From assembly GCA_025454815.1 (NCBI GenBank), contig JALONR010000005.1, positions 14,134 to 78,133 of the forward strand: a stretch of 64,000 nt of DNA, in the 5' to 3' direction. This document shows, one piece after another, positions 39,996 to 49,760 of this stretch. A program made the position numbers and the translations under genes. The notes below the pieces were generated by a model. The model ran no database searches and was not told where the DNA came from. It worked only from the letters and a program-made list of their open reading frames with translations. The DNA comes from Bacteroidales bacterium. Its GTDB lineage: Bacteria; Bacteroidota; Bacteroidia; Bacteroidales; VadinHA17. The stretch's first letter is position 1, and the number at the start of each line of letters is the position of its first letter.

Positions 39996-41849
39996 ATGGA
40001 AGTTACCAGAACCTTTGACCTGATAGATCATGGATGTACGGTCTGTCCGCGGGAGGTCATGTTTGGTGGCAAACACGGCAACGAGTGGGTTACATATTCC
40101 ACTGAAGCCGTCAGGGAACTGACCGACCTGTTCTCCTGTGGCCTTTTGGCACTCGGATACCTGAAGGGAGATCATATAGCCACAATCACCACCAACAAGG
40201 CCGAGTGGAACATTGTTGACCACGGCCTGGCCCAGGCTGGAATGATACATGTTCCTGTTTATCCTACCATCGGACATGAGGAGTACTCATACATCCTCGA
40301 TCACTCTGAAGTAAAAGCGGTAATAACAGGCAATAAACAGATTTATAACAAGATATCTTCAGTCGTATCCAAAATCCCGGCAGTCAGGGCGGTTTACACC
40401 TTCGACCCGGTGAACGGTCTTACAACTGTAAATGATATCATTGAAGAGGGAAGAAAAAACCGGGACAGATACATCGGTGAACTGTCAGCCATAAGGGACT
40501 CCGTCAAACCCTCTGACATGGTCACCATTATTTACACCTCGGGAACCACAGGGAACCCCAAAGGGGTAATGCTATCCCACAATAACCTGATCACCAATGC
40601 CATAGCAACAAGCACGGCACACGAGTTCGGGCTGGGATACCGGGCACTCAGCTTTCTTCCGCTCTGCCATGTCTATGAAAGGATGATGAACTACCACTTC
40701 CAGTATAAAGGGACCAGCATTTACTACCTTGAAAACATGGGTATGATCGCCGATACAATGAGGGAGATTAAGCCTCACATAGCGAATACGGTACCCAGGC
40801 TTCTGGAAAAGATCTATGACAATATCATCAACAAGGGAAAGAACCTGCCGTGGCTGAAAAAGCAGATCTTCTTCTGGGCTGTCAATCTCGGACTCAAATT
40901 CAGGCTGGCCGGCAACACGAAGTTCTATAAATTCAGGTTGGGCATAGCCAGAAAACTGGTATTCAACAAGTGGAAGGAAGCCCTGGGAGGCGAACTGCGC
41001 GTACTCGTATCGGGCGGCGCCGCCCTTCAGTCACGCCTTGAGCGTATCTTCTGGGCCGCAGGTATCCCCGTGCTCCAGGGCTATGGCCTTACGGAAACAT
41101 CCCCCGTGATAGCGGTCAATCCCCTGCGCATACCTGATATCAAATTTGAAACCGTGGGACCCGTTCTTGACGGCGTCCATGTGAAGATTGCCGATGACGG
41201 GGAGATTCTCTGCAAGGGACCTAACGTTATGATGGGTTACTACAAGGAACCGGAGATGACAGCTGAGATTATTGACGCTGAAGGCTGGTTTCATACAGGT
41301 GATATCGGGAGGATAGAGGATGGCAGGTTCCTGAGGATCACTGACCGCAAAAAGGAGATGTTCAAGCTCTCAGCAGGCAAGTACATCTCACCCCAGGTAA
41401 TTGAAAATAAACTGAAGGAATCGTTCTTCATTGAACAGGCTATGGTCATAGGTGAAAATGAAAAGTTCGCCAGTGCCCTCATCTCCCCGAACTTCACATT
41501 CCTGCATGACTGGTGCTCGATTCACAAGATACAGTACCGCGACAACACAGACCTGGTTGAGATACCTGAGGTGATTGAACGGTTTGCCCGCGAGGTGCGC
41601 GAGGTCAATAAAAACCTCGGCGAGTTTGAACAGATTAAAAGATTCAGGCTGGTCACCGAGGAGTGGACTCCCCAGACAGGAGAGCTCTCACCAACACTGA
41701 AACTGCGGAGAAACATCCTTACCGGGAGGTACCACGACACCATCAATGAAATTTATTCCGTGAAGGAGAAAGGTAATGTGGTTGACAGGATGGTTGGTGT
41801 GATCCGCAACGGCGTCAGCGGAATCCTCAGGAACCTGCCTAAATTCTGA
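39996..41849 (+). CDS. Long-chain fatty acid--CoA ligase (FadD15-like AMP-binding enzyme)
   Basis: YTSGTTGNPKGVML, LPLCHVYE, GYGLTETSP, GWFHTGDIG, ITDRKK, PTLKL.R. Confidence 0.94.
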   Translation: MEVTRTFDLIDHGCTVCPREVMFGGKHGNEWVTYSTEAVRELTDLFSCGLLALGYLKGDHIATITTNKAEWNIVDHGLAQAGMIHVPVYPTIGHEEYSYILDHSEVKAVITGNKQIYNKISSVVSKIPAVRAVYTFDPVNGLTTVNDIIEEGRKNRDRYIGELSAIRDSVKPSDMVTIIYTSGTTGNPKGVMLSHNNLITNAIATSTAHEFGLGYRALSFLPLCHVYERMMNYHFQYKGTSIYYLENMGMIADTMREIKPHIANTVPRLLEKIYDNIINKGKNLPWLKKQIFFWAVNLGLKFRLAGNTKFYKFRLGIARKLVFNKWKEALGGELRVLVSGGAALQSRLERIFWAAGIPVLQGYGLTETSPVIAVNPLRIPDIKFETVGPVLDGVHVKIADDGEILCKGPNVMMGYYKEPEMTAEIIDAEGWFHTGDIGRIEDGRFLRITDRKKEMFKLSAGKYISPQVIENKLKESFFIEQAMVIGENEKFASALISPNFTFLHDWCSIHKIQYRDNTDLVEIPEVIERFAREVREVNKNLGEFEQIKRFRLVTEEWTPQTGELSPTLKLRRNILTGRYHDTINEIYSVKEKGNVVDRMVGVIRNGVSGILRNLPKF

Positions 41850-41959
41850 CCCTCTTGAATTTTCAGCGGCAGAATAATTTTCTGCCGGTATCAGTTGACC
41901 CGGGTGGCTGCCGGACCTGCTGGCAACCTCTCTTTATTTTTATACCTTTGTCTTCCGTT

Positions 41960-42421
41960 ATGAAGAGCCTCACTCATATACTCCTGCCCGTCCTGGTGAT
42001 GGTCCTTTGTCTCAGTTCCTGTTCAGACCAGCCCTGCTATGAGGAGACAGATCCCCTGATGAATACCGTCCTGCTTGTCAGCGGCACAGGTGAGCTGGCA
42101 AAGGCTGACTCACTCAGGGTTTATACCTACCGTGAAACTGACACCCTGAAGTTTGTGAAGGTCACCGGAGCATCATCCTTTTCAGTACCGCTTGACCCTG
42201 CCAGTGATGAGTCAGTCTTCATGATAACCCTGAACGGCGTGACCGATACAGCATGGATTAGATACAGTCGCAGACCCCACCTTGTCTCTCCTGAATGCGG
42301 ATACACAATTGTGAGCGAAATAACCGGGCTGAATACAACACACAACATAATAGACACCCTGATCATAGAAAATAAAAGCGTTAACCTCGATGGGCAGAAG
42401 AACCTGCATCTTTTTTATTAG
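41960..42421 (+). CDS. Conserved Bacteroidota lipoprotein (DUF6452-like)
   Basis: Lipobox LSSC, SVPLDP, VSPECGY; TACCTTTG promoter just upstream; paired with the following gene. Confidence 0.65.
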   Translation: MKSLTHILLPVLVMVLCLSSCSDQPCYEETDPLMNTVLLVSGTGELAKADSLRVYTYRETDTLKFVKVTGASSFSVPLDPASDESVFMITLNGVTDTAWIRYSRRPHLVSPECGYTIVSEITGLNTTHNIIDTLIIENKSVNLDGQKNLHLFY

Positions 42422-43151
42422 CCTCTTTATACTGGCAGAACCCGTTGGCCGGTCACAGGATACGGTTACGGTACCACTGCATGTCAGGGCAGGATTTGAC
42501 CTGGCTGGTCCGGTCATGAAACTTGTCAACAGGGATCTCATCAGCTATGGAATTGTTGCATCCGCTGACATAAACTCCTCACTCGCTGTTACGGCAGGAT
42601 TCAGGTACTCCTCCTTCAACTCCTCGGAGGTTATTTATGACTTCCGCAGCCGCGGACTGAGCTTCACTGCCGGTACTGACTACAACTTCATCAAGGCTAA
42701 TGTGTCGAAGGGTAAGTACTATGCAGGCATCGGGTTGAGATACGGGCTCAGCTTCTACAGCGAGGAGGCCCCGATGATAAGATATACTAATGAATGGGGC
42801 GCCGGGGAAACCTCCGTTCCCCTTAAGCGCCATACCGGCCATTACCTTGAGATCACCCCGGGAGTCCGTACCGACCTGTTTCCAGGGGTGACAGTCGGCT
42901 GGAATCTTTATATGAGGCTGCTGATCAGTGCCGGGGCAGGAAAGGATCTCAAACCGGTCTGGATGCCCGGGTACGGCCCGGGTACGGCAGGGATGTCAAC
43001 GGGTGCAGAATACTACATATCATTCACAATACCCTACAGGAAGATAAAGGTCTATATCAAACCTAAAGTCCGCGAGTCTGAGGATGAAGAGAATGAGGGA
43101 GATCAGACAAACACGGGAACCAGTACATCAGGCTCCGGAATCAGGTTTTAA
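42390..43151 (+). CDS. Conserved Bacteroidota outer-membrane protein (DUF6048-like)
   Basis: Signal peptide, R.G.DL, G.DYN, G.RYG.S, PGYG; beta-strand pattern. Confidence 0.65.
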   Translation: MGRRTCIFFISLFILAEPVGRSQDTVTVPLHVRAGFDLAGPVMKLVNRDLISYGIVASADINSSLAVTAGFRYSSFNSSEVIYDFRSRGLSFTAGTDYNFIKANVSKGKYYAGIGLRYGLSFYSEEAPMIRYTNEWGAGETSVPLKRHTGHYLEITPGVRTDLFPGVTVGWNLYMRLLISAGAGKDLKPVWMPGYGPGTAGMSTGAEYYISFTIPYRKIKVYIKPKVRESEDEENEGDQTNTGTSTSGSGIRF

Positions 43152-44594
43152 GCCCCTCCTGCTGAAAGCCAGTAATCCCATAAAGGTCAGGAAACCGTTA
43201 ACCAGTAACAGCTCAAAACCAAACTTATATCCGTTGAAGAGCTCTTCCGAAAAGTGACTCAGGAAGTAACAGAGAACCGGTGACAGGATTGCTATCCACG
43301 GGGTATAACGGTCATTGACAGACCTTCTCGTAAAGAGACCGAATGTATAAAGACCTAGCAGGGGTCCGTATGTATAGCCTGCAATGGTGAAGAGCTTGTC
43401 AATTATCGCCCTGTCATTCATCTCTCTGAAGACCAGGATACATATAAAGAAAATAATGGCAAATGAGAAATGGACCGAATACCTTATCCTGGTCTTTTTG
43501 GCATCATCCATCTCCTTATTCTTCTCAAGGCCGAGGAAGTCGATGCTGAACGATGTGGTCAGCGAAGTCAACGCACCGTCTGCACTTGGAAATGCCGCAG
43601 AAATTAGCCCGATAAGGAAAACAACCCCGGCAGCCGGCCCCAGGTACCTGAAGGCGATGGTCGGGAAAAGGTCATCCGTCATGGCAACCGTAATATTCTG
43701 TGCCGATGCATAAAAAACAAGGAAAGCACCCAATACCAGGAACATGAATACAACAACAAGGTTGATGGTACTGAAAGTGAACATGTTCTTCTGTGCATCC
43801 TTGAGATGCCTGATACTGAGGTTCTTCTGCATCATTTCCTGGTCCAGGCCGGTCATGGTTATGGTAATGAACATACCGCTGAAGAACTGCTTTATGAAAT
43901 GCCTCGGATGATCCCAGTCGGTGATCACCATCCTTGACATATCACTGTCAAAGATGTCACCAAGCAGGGTGAGCAGCGGTGATCCCAGTTCCCGGCTGAT
44001 GTAATAAATCGATAGTATTACTGCAAGAAGCATGAAGGTGGTCTGCAGTGTGTCAGTCCAGATGATGGTACGGATCCCTCCCTTCAGAGTGTATATAATT
44101 ATAAGCACAATGAAAATCAACACGTTTACCCAGAAAGGCACATTCCAGGCATCAAATACGAATATTTGCAGAACGTTGATTACAAGGAACATACGTAGGG
44201 AGGCTCCAAGCACCCTTGAAAGAATAAAGAACCCTGCACCGGTCTTGTATGACCAGAATCCGAATCGTTGTTCAAGGTATCCGTAGATTGAGGTGAGCTT
44301 CAGCCTGTAATAGAGCGGCAGCAGTATGAGGGCGATGACCACATACCCGAAAAAATAGCCAAACGCCACCATCATGTATGAAAACTGTGTTTCACCAACC
44401 CACCCGGGCACTGACATGAATGTGACCCCTGAAAGGGAGGCTCCTATCATCCCGTAGGCAACCACAAACCATGGCGATACCTTGTTGCCGATATAGAATG
44501 ACTGGTGATTGGCCCTGCGTGCAGTAATATAGGTAACCGCAAACAGAAGCAGGGTATAGGCCATGAAAATTAACAGGATGAGGGTAGGTGTCAT
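43128..44594 (-). CDS. Sodium:solute symporter
   Basis: GMIGASLSGVTF.SVPG, GG...IIWTD.LQ, GLDQ.MMQKNL, YTYGPLLG; multi-TM. Confidence 0.93.
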   Translation of the reverse strand: MTPTLILLIFMAYTLLLFAVTYITARRANHQSFYIGNKVSPWFVVAYGMIGASLSGVTFMSVPGWVGETQFSYMMVAFGYFFGYVVIALILLPLYYRLKLTSIYGYLEQRFGFWSYKTGAGFFILSRVLGASLRMFLVINVLQIFVFDAWNVPFWVNVLIFIVLIIIYTLKGGIRTIIWTDTLQTTFMLLAVILSIYYISRELGSPLLTLLGDIFDSDMSRMVITDWDHPRHFIKQFFSGMFITITMTGLDQEMMQKNLSIRHLKDAQKNMFTFSTINLVVVFMFLVLGAFLVFYASAQNITVAMTDDLFPTIAFRYLGPAAGVVFLIGLISAAFPSADGALTSLTTSFSIDFLGLEKNKEMDDAKKTRIRYSVHFSFAIIFFICILVFREMNDRAIIDKLFTIAGYTYGPLLGLYTFGLFTRRSVNDRYTPWIAILSPVLCYFLSHFSEELFNGYKFGFELLLVNGFLTFMGLLAFSRRGLKPDSGA

Positions 44595-44700
44595 AACTCG
44601 GGATGCAAGTATGCAAGATTAGTAAAAAGATCGCAGATAAAAGTCAACAACCCGTCACGTTTGCGGGAAATATTGATTTATTTTGCCCCAAAGTCGCAAT

Positions 44701-45324
44701 ATGGCAACACGTTTCCCTTCAAGATTGCTGGAGGAGGCTGTAAATGAATTTGCATCATTGCCGGGAATAGGCCGCAAGACGGCTTTCAGGCTGGTAATGC
44801 ATCTGCTCAGACGCGACAGCGGGGAGGTTCGCCGTTTCGGCGAAACCGTGATCCGTCTCCGCGACGATGTCTGTTACTGCAGTGTATGCCACGGCATCAG
44901 TGACACCCCCGTCTGTGATATCTGCGGTGACCCTTCAAGGGACATATCTCTCATCTGCGTGGTTGAAAGTGTTCAGGACGTGATGGCCGTGGAGAACACC
45001 CGGCAGTTCAGGGGATTGTACCATGTTCTTGGAGGGATCATCTCTCCCGTGGATGGTATCGGCCCCTCTGACCTGACCATCACCAGCCTGGAAGAGAGGG
45101 TGAGGAGCGGCAACGTGAAGGAGGTGATCCTTGCCCTCAGCACGACAATGGAGGGTGATACCACAAATTACTATATCTTCAAAAGACTCTCCGGTTTTGA
45201 TATAAGGATAACCACCCTGGCACGAGGAGTGGCCATCGGTGACGTACTGGAGTATACTGATGAGATAACCCTCGGTCAGTCAATCATCAACCGCCGGATC
45301 TTTTCGCTCCCGTCACAGGGTTGA
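44701..45324 (+). CDS. recR: Recombination mediator RecR
   Basis: [13 protein letters not shown]...C..C zinc finger, YHVLGG.ISP.DG, TOPRIM EGDTT, LEYTDE.TL. Confidence 0.97.
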   Translation: MATRFPSRLLEEAVNEFASLPGIGRKTAFRLVMHLLRRDSGEVRRFGETVIRLRDDVCYCSVCHGISDTPVCDICGDPSRDISLICVVESVQDVMAVENTRQFRGLYHVLGGIISPVDGIGPSDLTITSLEERVRSGNVKEVILALSTTMEGDTTNYYIFKRLSGFDIRITTLARGVAIGDVLEYTDEITLGQSIINRRIFSLPSQG

Positions 45325-45428
45325 CCTTGAAGGCATCGCCGCCATATCTGACTCTTTATCTCAATCTTTCCCCTATATCATTTTTTTATTCTTAAAATGT
45401 TGCTTAATTTGATACAAATCGATTTATA

Positions 45429-46643
45429 ATGGCTGACATATTTGAAAGGTTCTTTTCGGATGCATCGCAACTGATGAAGAAATCGGCAATCAGGGAAATC
45501 CTGAAGCTGACTCAGAGGCCGGAGATGATCTCTTTTGCCGGCGGTCTCCCCTCACCTGACTCCTTCCCTATCGAGGATATCAGGAGAGTCACTGCCGAGG
45601 TCCTTGAACTGGAAGGCAAAGCCGCCCTCCAGTACGGAACAACCGAGGGAGACGTAAAGCTCCGCACTCTCCTTGCCGAGCGCCACAGGAAAGACGGACT
45701 GAACCTGGCACTCGAAAACATCATCATAACCACAGGGTCACAGCAGGCTCTCGATCTTTGCGGAAAGATTTTCATAAACCGTGGTGATGTTGTACTGTGC
45801 GGACTGCCATCATACCTGGGAGGGTTAAACGCCTTCTCAAATTACGGTGCTGTGCTGAAGGGAATTCAGCTTGACGACCAGGGGATGCGGCCTGACCTGC
45901 TTGAAAAGGCCATTACAGAACTTAAAAAGGATGGCAGAACTATCAAGTTCATATACATTATTCCTGACTTTCAGAATCCAACCGGTGTCACCCTCCCCCG
46001 TGCACGCCGTCTTGAAATTATCCGCATCGCGGAGCGGCATGACCTTATAATTGTTGAAGACAGTCCTTACAGAGATGTCCGTTTTGCAGGCACTCCCGAA
46101 CCACTTATGTCTTCACTTGACACCCAAGGCAGGGTTTTGACCCTGAACACCTTCTCCAAGATTCTTGCCCCCGGATTCCGCCTTGCATGGGTTACCGGGC
46201 ACAAGGAGATCATTGACAAGATGGTCACCGCAAAACAGGCATCCGACCTCTGTACTCCTCCCTTTGTTCAGAGGATCACCGCAAGGTATATTGAGCAGGG
46301 GCTGCTTGACGTAAACCTCAGGAAGACCATTGAACTCTATCACCATCGCCGGGATTACATGCTCAGGTGCTTCCGCGAGCAGATGCCGGAAGGGGTGAAA
46401 TGGACAGAGCCTGACGGCGGCTTGTTCCTCTTCGTGACTCTTCCCCCTGCCATGGATGCAGCAAGACTCCTCGAAAAAGCCATACGCAAAAATGTCGCAT
46501 TCGTCTGCGGTTCAGTATTCTACTGCAACAACGAAGGACACAATACAATGCGCATCAATTTCTCCTTTGCGGATGAAAAGGATACCTGTGAAGGTGTCCG
46601 CAGACTGGCTGAGGTGATAAGGGAGGAAATGGCCACCGCCTGA
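45429..46643 (+). CDS. PLP-dependent aminotransferase class I/II (LysN-like)
   Basis: SAIREILK, ISFAGG.P, GSQQALD, PDFQNPTG, EDSPY, TFSKILAPG.R. Confidence 0.93.
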   Translation: MADIFERFFSDASQLMKKSAIREILKLTQRPEMISFAGGLPSPDSFPIEDIRRVTAEVLELEGKAALQYGTTEGDVKLRTLLAERHRKDGLNLALENIIITTGSQQALDLCGKIFINRGDVVLCGLPSYLGGLNAFSNYGAVLKGIQLDDQGMRPDLLEKAITELKKDGRTIKFIYIIPDFQNPTGVTLPRARRLEIIRIAERHDLIIVEDSPYRDVRFAGTPEPLMSSLDTQGRVLTLNTFSKILAPGFRLAWVTGHKEIIDKMVTAKQASDLCTPPFVQRITARYIEQGLLDVNLRKTIELYHHRRDYMLRCFREQMPEGVKWTEPDGGLFLFVTLPPAMDAARLLEKAIRKNVAFVCGSVFYCNNEGHNTMRINFSFADEKDTCEGVRRLAEVIREEMATA

Positions 46644-46647
46644 AGCG

Positions 46648-47520
46648 ATGGAGCTCTCGGTAGTAATCGTCTCATACAATGTGTGCGCCCTCCTCCGCCA
46701 GGCGCTTCAGTCACTCGTTGTTGCAGCCACCGGCACGGTCAATGAAGTAATTGTTGTTGATAACAATTCGGCAGACAACTCTGCAGCGATGGTCAGGGAG
46801 GAGTTCCCTTCAGTAAGACTCATCATCTCATCAACAAATGAAGGCTACCCGGCAGCCTGCAACAAAGGCATTGCAGTTTCATCAGGAGAATATATACTTA
46901 TTCTCAATCCTGACACCATTGTGTCTCCTGACGCTCTGTTAAATGCACTCATTTTCATGAAATTGAATCCGGATGCCGGGGCTGCCGGGGCACACATGAC
47001 TGATGGCACCGGAAGGTTCCTTCAAGAATCCAGGAGAGGATTCCCATCCCCCATCACATCACTCTTCAGGTTCACGGGACTCGGTAAACTATTCCCCCGT
47101 TCCCCGTTCTTCAATGCATACTACCTCGGTAACCCGCCGGAGGAGGAGACCTGCCGCGCTGACATCCTGACCGGCGCTTTCATGCTTCTGCGAAGGGAGG
47201 TTCTCGACAAAACAGGACCCTTTGACACCGGCTACTTCATGTACGGAGAGGATATCGACCTCAGCTGGCGAATAAGAAAGGCAGGATACTATAATTATTA
47301 CCTCCACAACGTCAGGATAACTCATTTCAAAGGGGCAAGTTCCTCGCAGGACAAGGTGGCCGCAATGAATCATTTCTATGATGCCATGAACATATTTGCC
47401 GGCAAACATCTGAAGAGGGTCTGGCACCTTCCGGTAAGGATAGCCGTGGCTCTTTTAAGGACCCTTTCCCTTGCCCGCCTGAGGTCGGACAGGATGATTA
47501 AAAGTGGCATCTGCCGTTAA
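46648..47520 (+). CDS. GT2 family glycosyltransferase
   Basis: SVVIVSYN, VDNNS.D, LNPD, GAFML, FMYGEDIDL, H.KG.S. Confidence 0.92.
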   Translation: MELSVVIVSYNVCALLRQALQSLVVAATGTVNEVIVVDNNSADNSAAMVREEFPSVRLIISSTNEGYPAACNKGIAVSSGEYILILNPDTIVSPDALLNALIFMKLNPDAGAAGAHMTDGTGRFLQESRRGFPSPITSLFRFTGLGKLFPRSPFFNAYYLGNPPEEETCRADILTGAFMLLRREVLDKTGPFDTGYFMYGEDIDLSWRIRKAGYYNYYLHNVRITHFKGASSSQDKVAAMNHFYDAMNIFAGKHLKRVWHLPVRIAVALLRTLSLARLRSDRMIKSGICR

Positions 47521-47596
47521 AAAAGGGACTCCTCCCACATAATCTTATTGTGTTTTTTGAGTTATATTAGTGACTTTAAGAAAATTAATAATCCTG

Positions 47597-49759
47597 ATGA
47601 GAAGGGCTAAATACATCCTCTGTATGATCCTTATGGTTCATGCCGTATCTCTTGCAGGCCAGTCAAGAAGCGATATGCGTGAGCTTTTCGTCTCTGCCGA
47701 GGGAGACTTGCTCTTTGAGGATTATCCGGAGGCTCTGCCGAAATACCTCAGCCTTCTCCAGATCTTCCCGGAGAACTATAATCTGTATTACAGGATCGGT
47801 CAGTGTTATCTCAATACCCCCGGTGAAAAGGATAAATCGATCGCCTGGCTTGAGACTGCTGCTGGTCATATTAATCCTGCATATCGTGCCGGAAGACTGC
47901 GCGAAACAGGGGCACCCTATGATGTGCTCTACATGCTTGCCAATGCATATCGTATAGCAAATGACTTTGACAGGGCTCTGGCAACCTATGACCTGTTCCT
48001 CAGGGACGTTGACACCGAAAAGTATGATACAGCCCTTGTGCAGTTTCAGATGCAGACCTGCCACAATGCCCGGATGATGATGCGAAAGCCGGTATCAGTG
48101 GTTGACGCTAACCTGGGCAGCACGGTAAACGAAAGATTTTCGGAGTTCAACCCGGTCATCTCGGCAGATGAAAAAACGCTGCTGTTCACCCGTGAGCTGC
48201 AGTTTTATGATGCCATCTTCTGGACAAGAAAAATCAACGGGAAATGGACCGAACCGTTAAACCTGACACCCCAGTTGGGAGTGGATCAGGATTACTATAC
48301 CTCCTCCCTGTCGGCTGACGGCCGGACACTTCTTATGTACCGGGTTGACACATATGACGGAAATATTTACATGAGCAGGCTGAATGGCGATACATGGAGC
48401 GAGGTGGAAAAGCTTAACGGGAATATCAATACCAGGTACTGGGAATCACACGCCACCATCAGCAACGACGGGAGAAAGATCTACTTCACAAGCAACAGGA
48501 AGGAGAGCCTCGGAGGGCTGGATATTTTTGTTTCTGTACGGGACAGCTCTGGCCACTGGGGCCCGGCTGTGAATCTGGGACCTGAGATCAACACGGTATA
48601 TAATGAGGAGACACCCTTCCTGGCTAGGAATGACAGCACCCTGTTCTTCAGCTCCCGCGGCCATTTCAACATGGGCGGGTATGATGTCTTCAGGTCTGAC
48701 CTCGGCAGGAACGGTAAATGGAGCACCCCGGTAAATGCAGGGTATCCGCTGAACACAACCGATGATGACCTCTTTTTTACACCTGTCGGAAAGGGGAACA
48801 GGGGTTTCTATGCGAAATTTGCGGATGACGGCTTCGGGCGGATGGATCTCTTCAGCTGTGACATCTATTCTGATCTCAACCCCCGGAACTTCATCGTGAC
48901 AGGAAGGGCTGCCGTCAGCAACCTCCTTGATGAGTTTCCGCAGCCAGTGAAAATTACTGCGGTTAAAAGCGCCGATACCGGAAGAATTATAAACGCGTTT
49001 ACCAATCCGGTGACCGGACTCTATTCACTTTTTCTTCCGCATGGTACCTATAATATTAATTATGACTCTGAGGAAGCCCTTCCGGAGTCAATAGAAATTG
49101 AGCTTTTGCCTGACAGGCAGGGCGATACTGTAAGGATAAAGCCGGTTATGCTGGAGGAAACCGATTTTTCTGCTTACCTGAGGCTTGTCTCTGACACCCT
49201 CCTCAGGGTGAATGGCGCTGAACCGGTAAGCATTGAACTTGTTGCCGAGGAGAGGTCACTTCTTGACATAGAGGTACTATCGCCAGATTCAGTGATTGTC
49301 ACCGAGCAGTTCCGGATTACCGATTCTGCCTTTACCTATACGTTCCTGCCAGAAAAAGGTGACAGCCGCGTTTCAATGTTGCTTACTGACCGCTTCGGCA
49401 ATGATACGGCCGCAGCGGTTACTGTGCGCCGCACCGATACCAGGGCACGGCCTGAGAAACCACTCTACCGGGAAATCCGGGCCAGGCCGGCGGGTGACAG
49501 GGCTGAAACTGCAGGTGCTGACGGCGCAACTGCCTCAGCCGGAGCAGGTGGTACCACTGATGCCGGCACCGCGGCAGCCGGCACTACTGATACAGGCGGC
49601 GCTTCCGCTCTCCCTGCAACTGCAGATGACGGGCAGGAAAATGAAGAAGACGGAAAGAAAAGCTGCAACTGGTGGTGGCTGATTATTGCCGCCGCATTTT
49701 TGCTCTTCCTGTTGCTCTGGAGGAGAAGAAAAAGAGATAAAAAGGAAACGGAACAATAA
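47597..49759 (+). CDS. TPR + PD40 beta-propeller protein with Ig-like domains, Ala/Gly/Thr linker and C-terminal TM anchor
   Basis: SPI signal (..LAG/Q), TPRs, PD40 repeats (NLGPEINTVYNEETPF, GYPLNTTDDD), tail SCNWWWLIIAAAFLLFLLLWRRRKR. Confidence 0.85.
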   Translation: MRRAKYILCMILMVHAVSLAGQSRSDMRELFVSAEGDLLFEDYPEALPKYLSLLQIFPENYNLYYRIGQCYLNTPGEKDKSIAWLETAAGHINPAYRAGRLRETGAPYDVLYMLANAYRIANDFDRALATYDLFLRDVDTEKYDTALVQFQMQTCHNARMMMRKPVSVVDANLGSTVNERFSEFNPVISADEKTLLFTRELQFYDAIFWTRKINGKWTEPLNLTPQLGVDQDYYTSSLSADGRTLLMYRVDTYDGNIYMSRLNGDTWSEVEKLNGNINTRYWESHATISNDGRKIYFTSNRKESLGGLDIFVSVRDSSGHWGPAVNLGPEINTVYNEETPFLARNDSTLFFSSRGHFNMGGYDVFRSDLGRNGKWSTPVNAGYPLNTTDDDLFFTPVGKGNRGFYAKFADDGFGRMDLFSCDIYSDLNPRNFIVTGRAAVSNLLDEFPQPVKITAVKSADTGRIINAFTNPVTGLYSLFLPHGTYNINYDSEEALPESIEIELLPDRQGDTVRIKPVMLEETDFSAYLRLVSDTLLRVNGAEPVSIELVAEERSLLDIEVLSPDSVIVTEQFRITDSAFTYTFLPEKGDSRVSMLLTDRFGNDTAAAVTVRRTDTRARPEKPLYREIRARPAGDRAETAGADGATASAGAGGTTDAGTAAAGTTDTGGASALPATADDGQENEEDGKKSCNWWWLIIAAAFLLFLLLWRRRKRDKKETEQ

Positions 49760-49760
49760 G

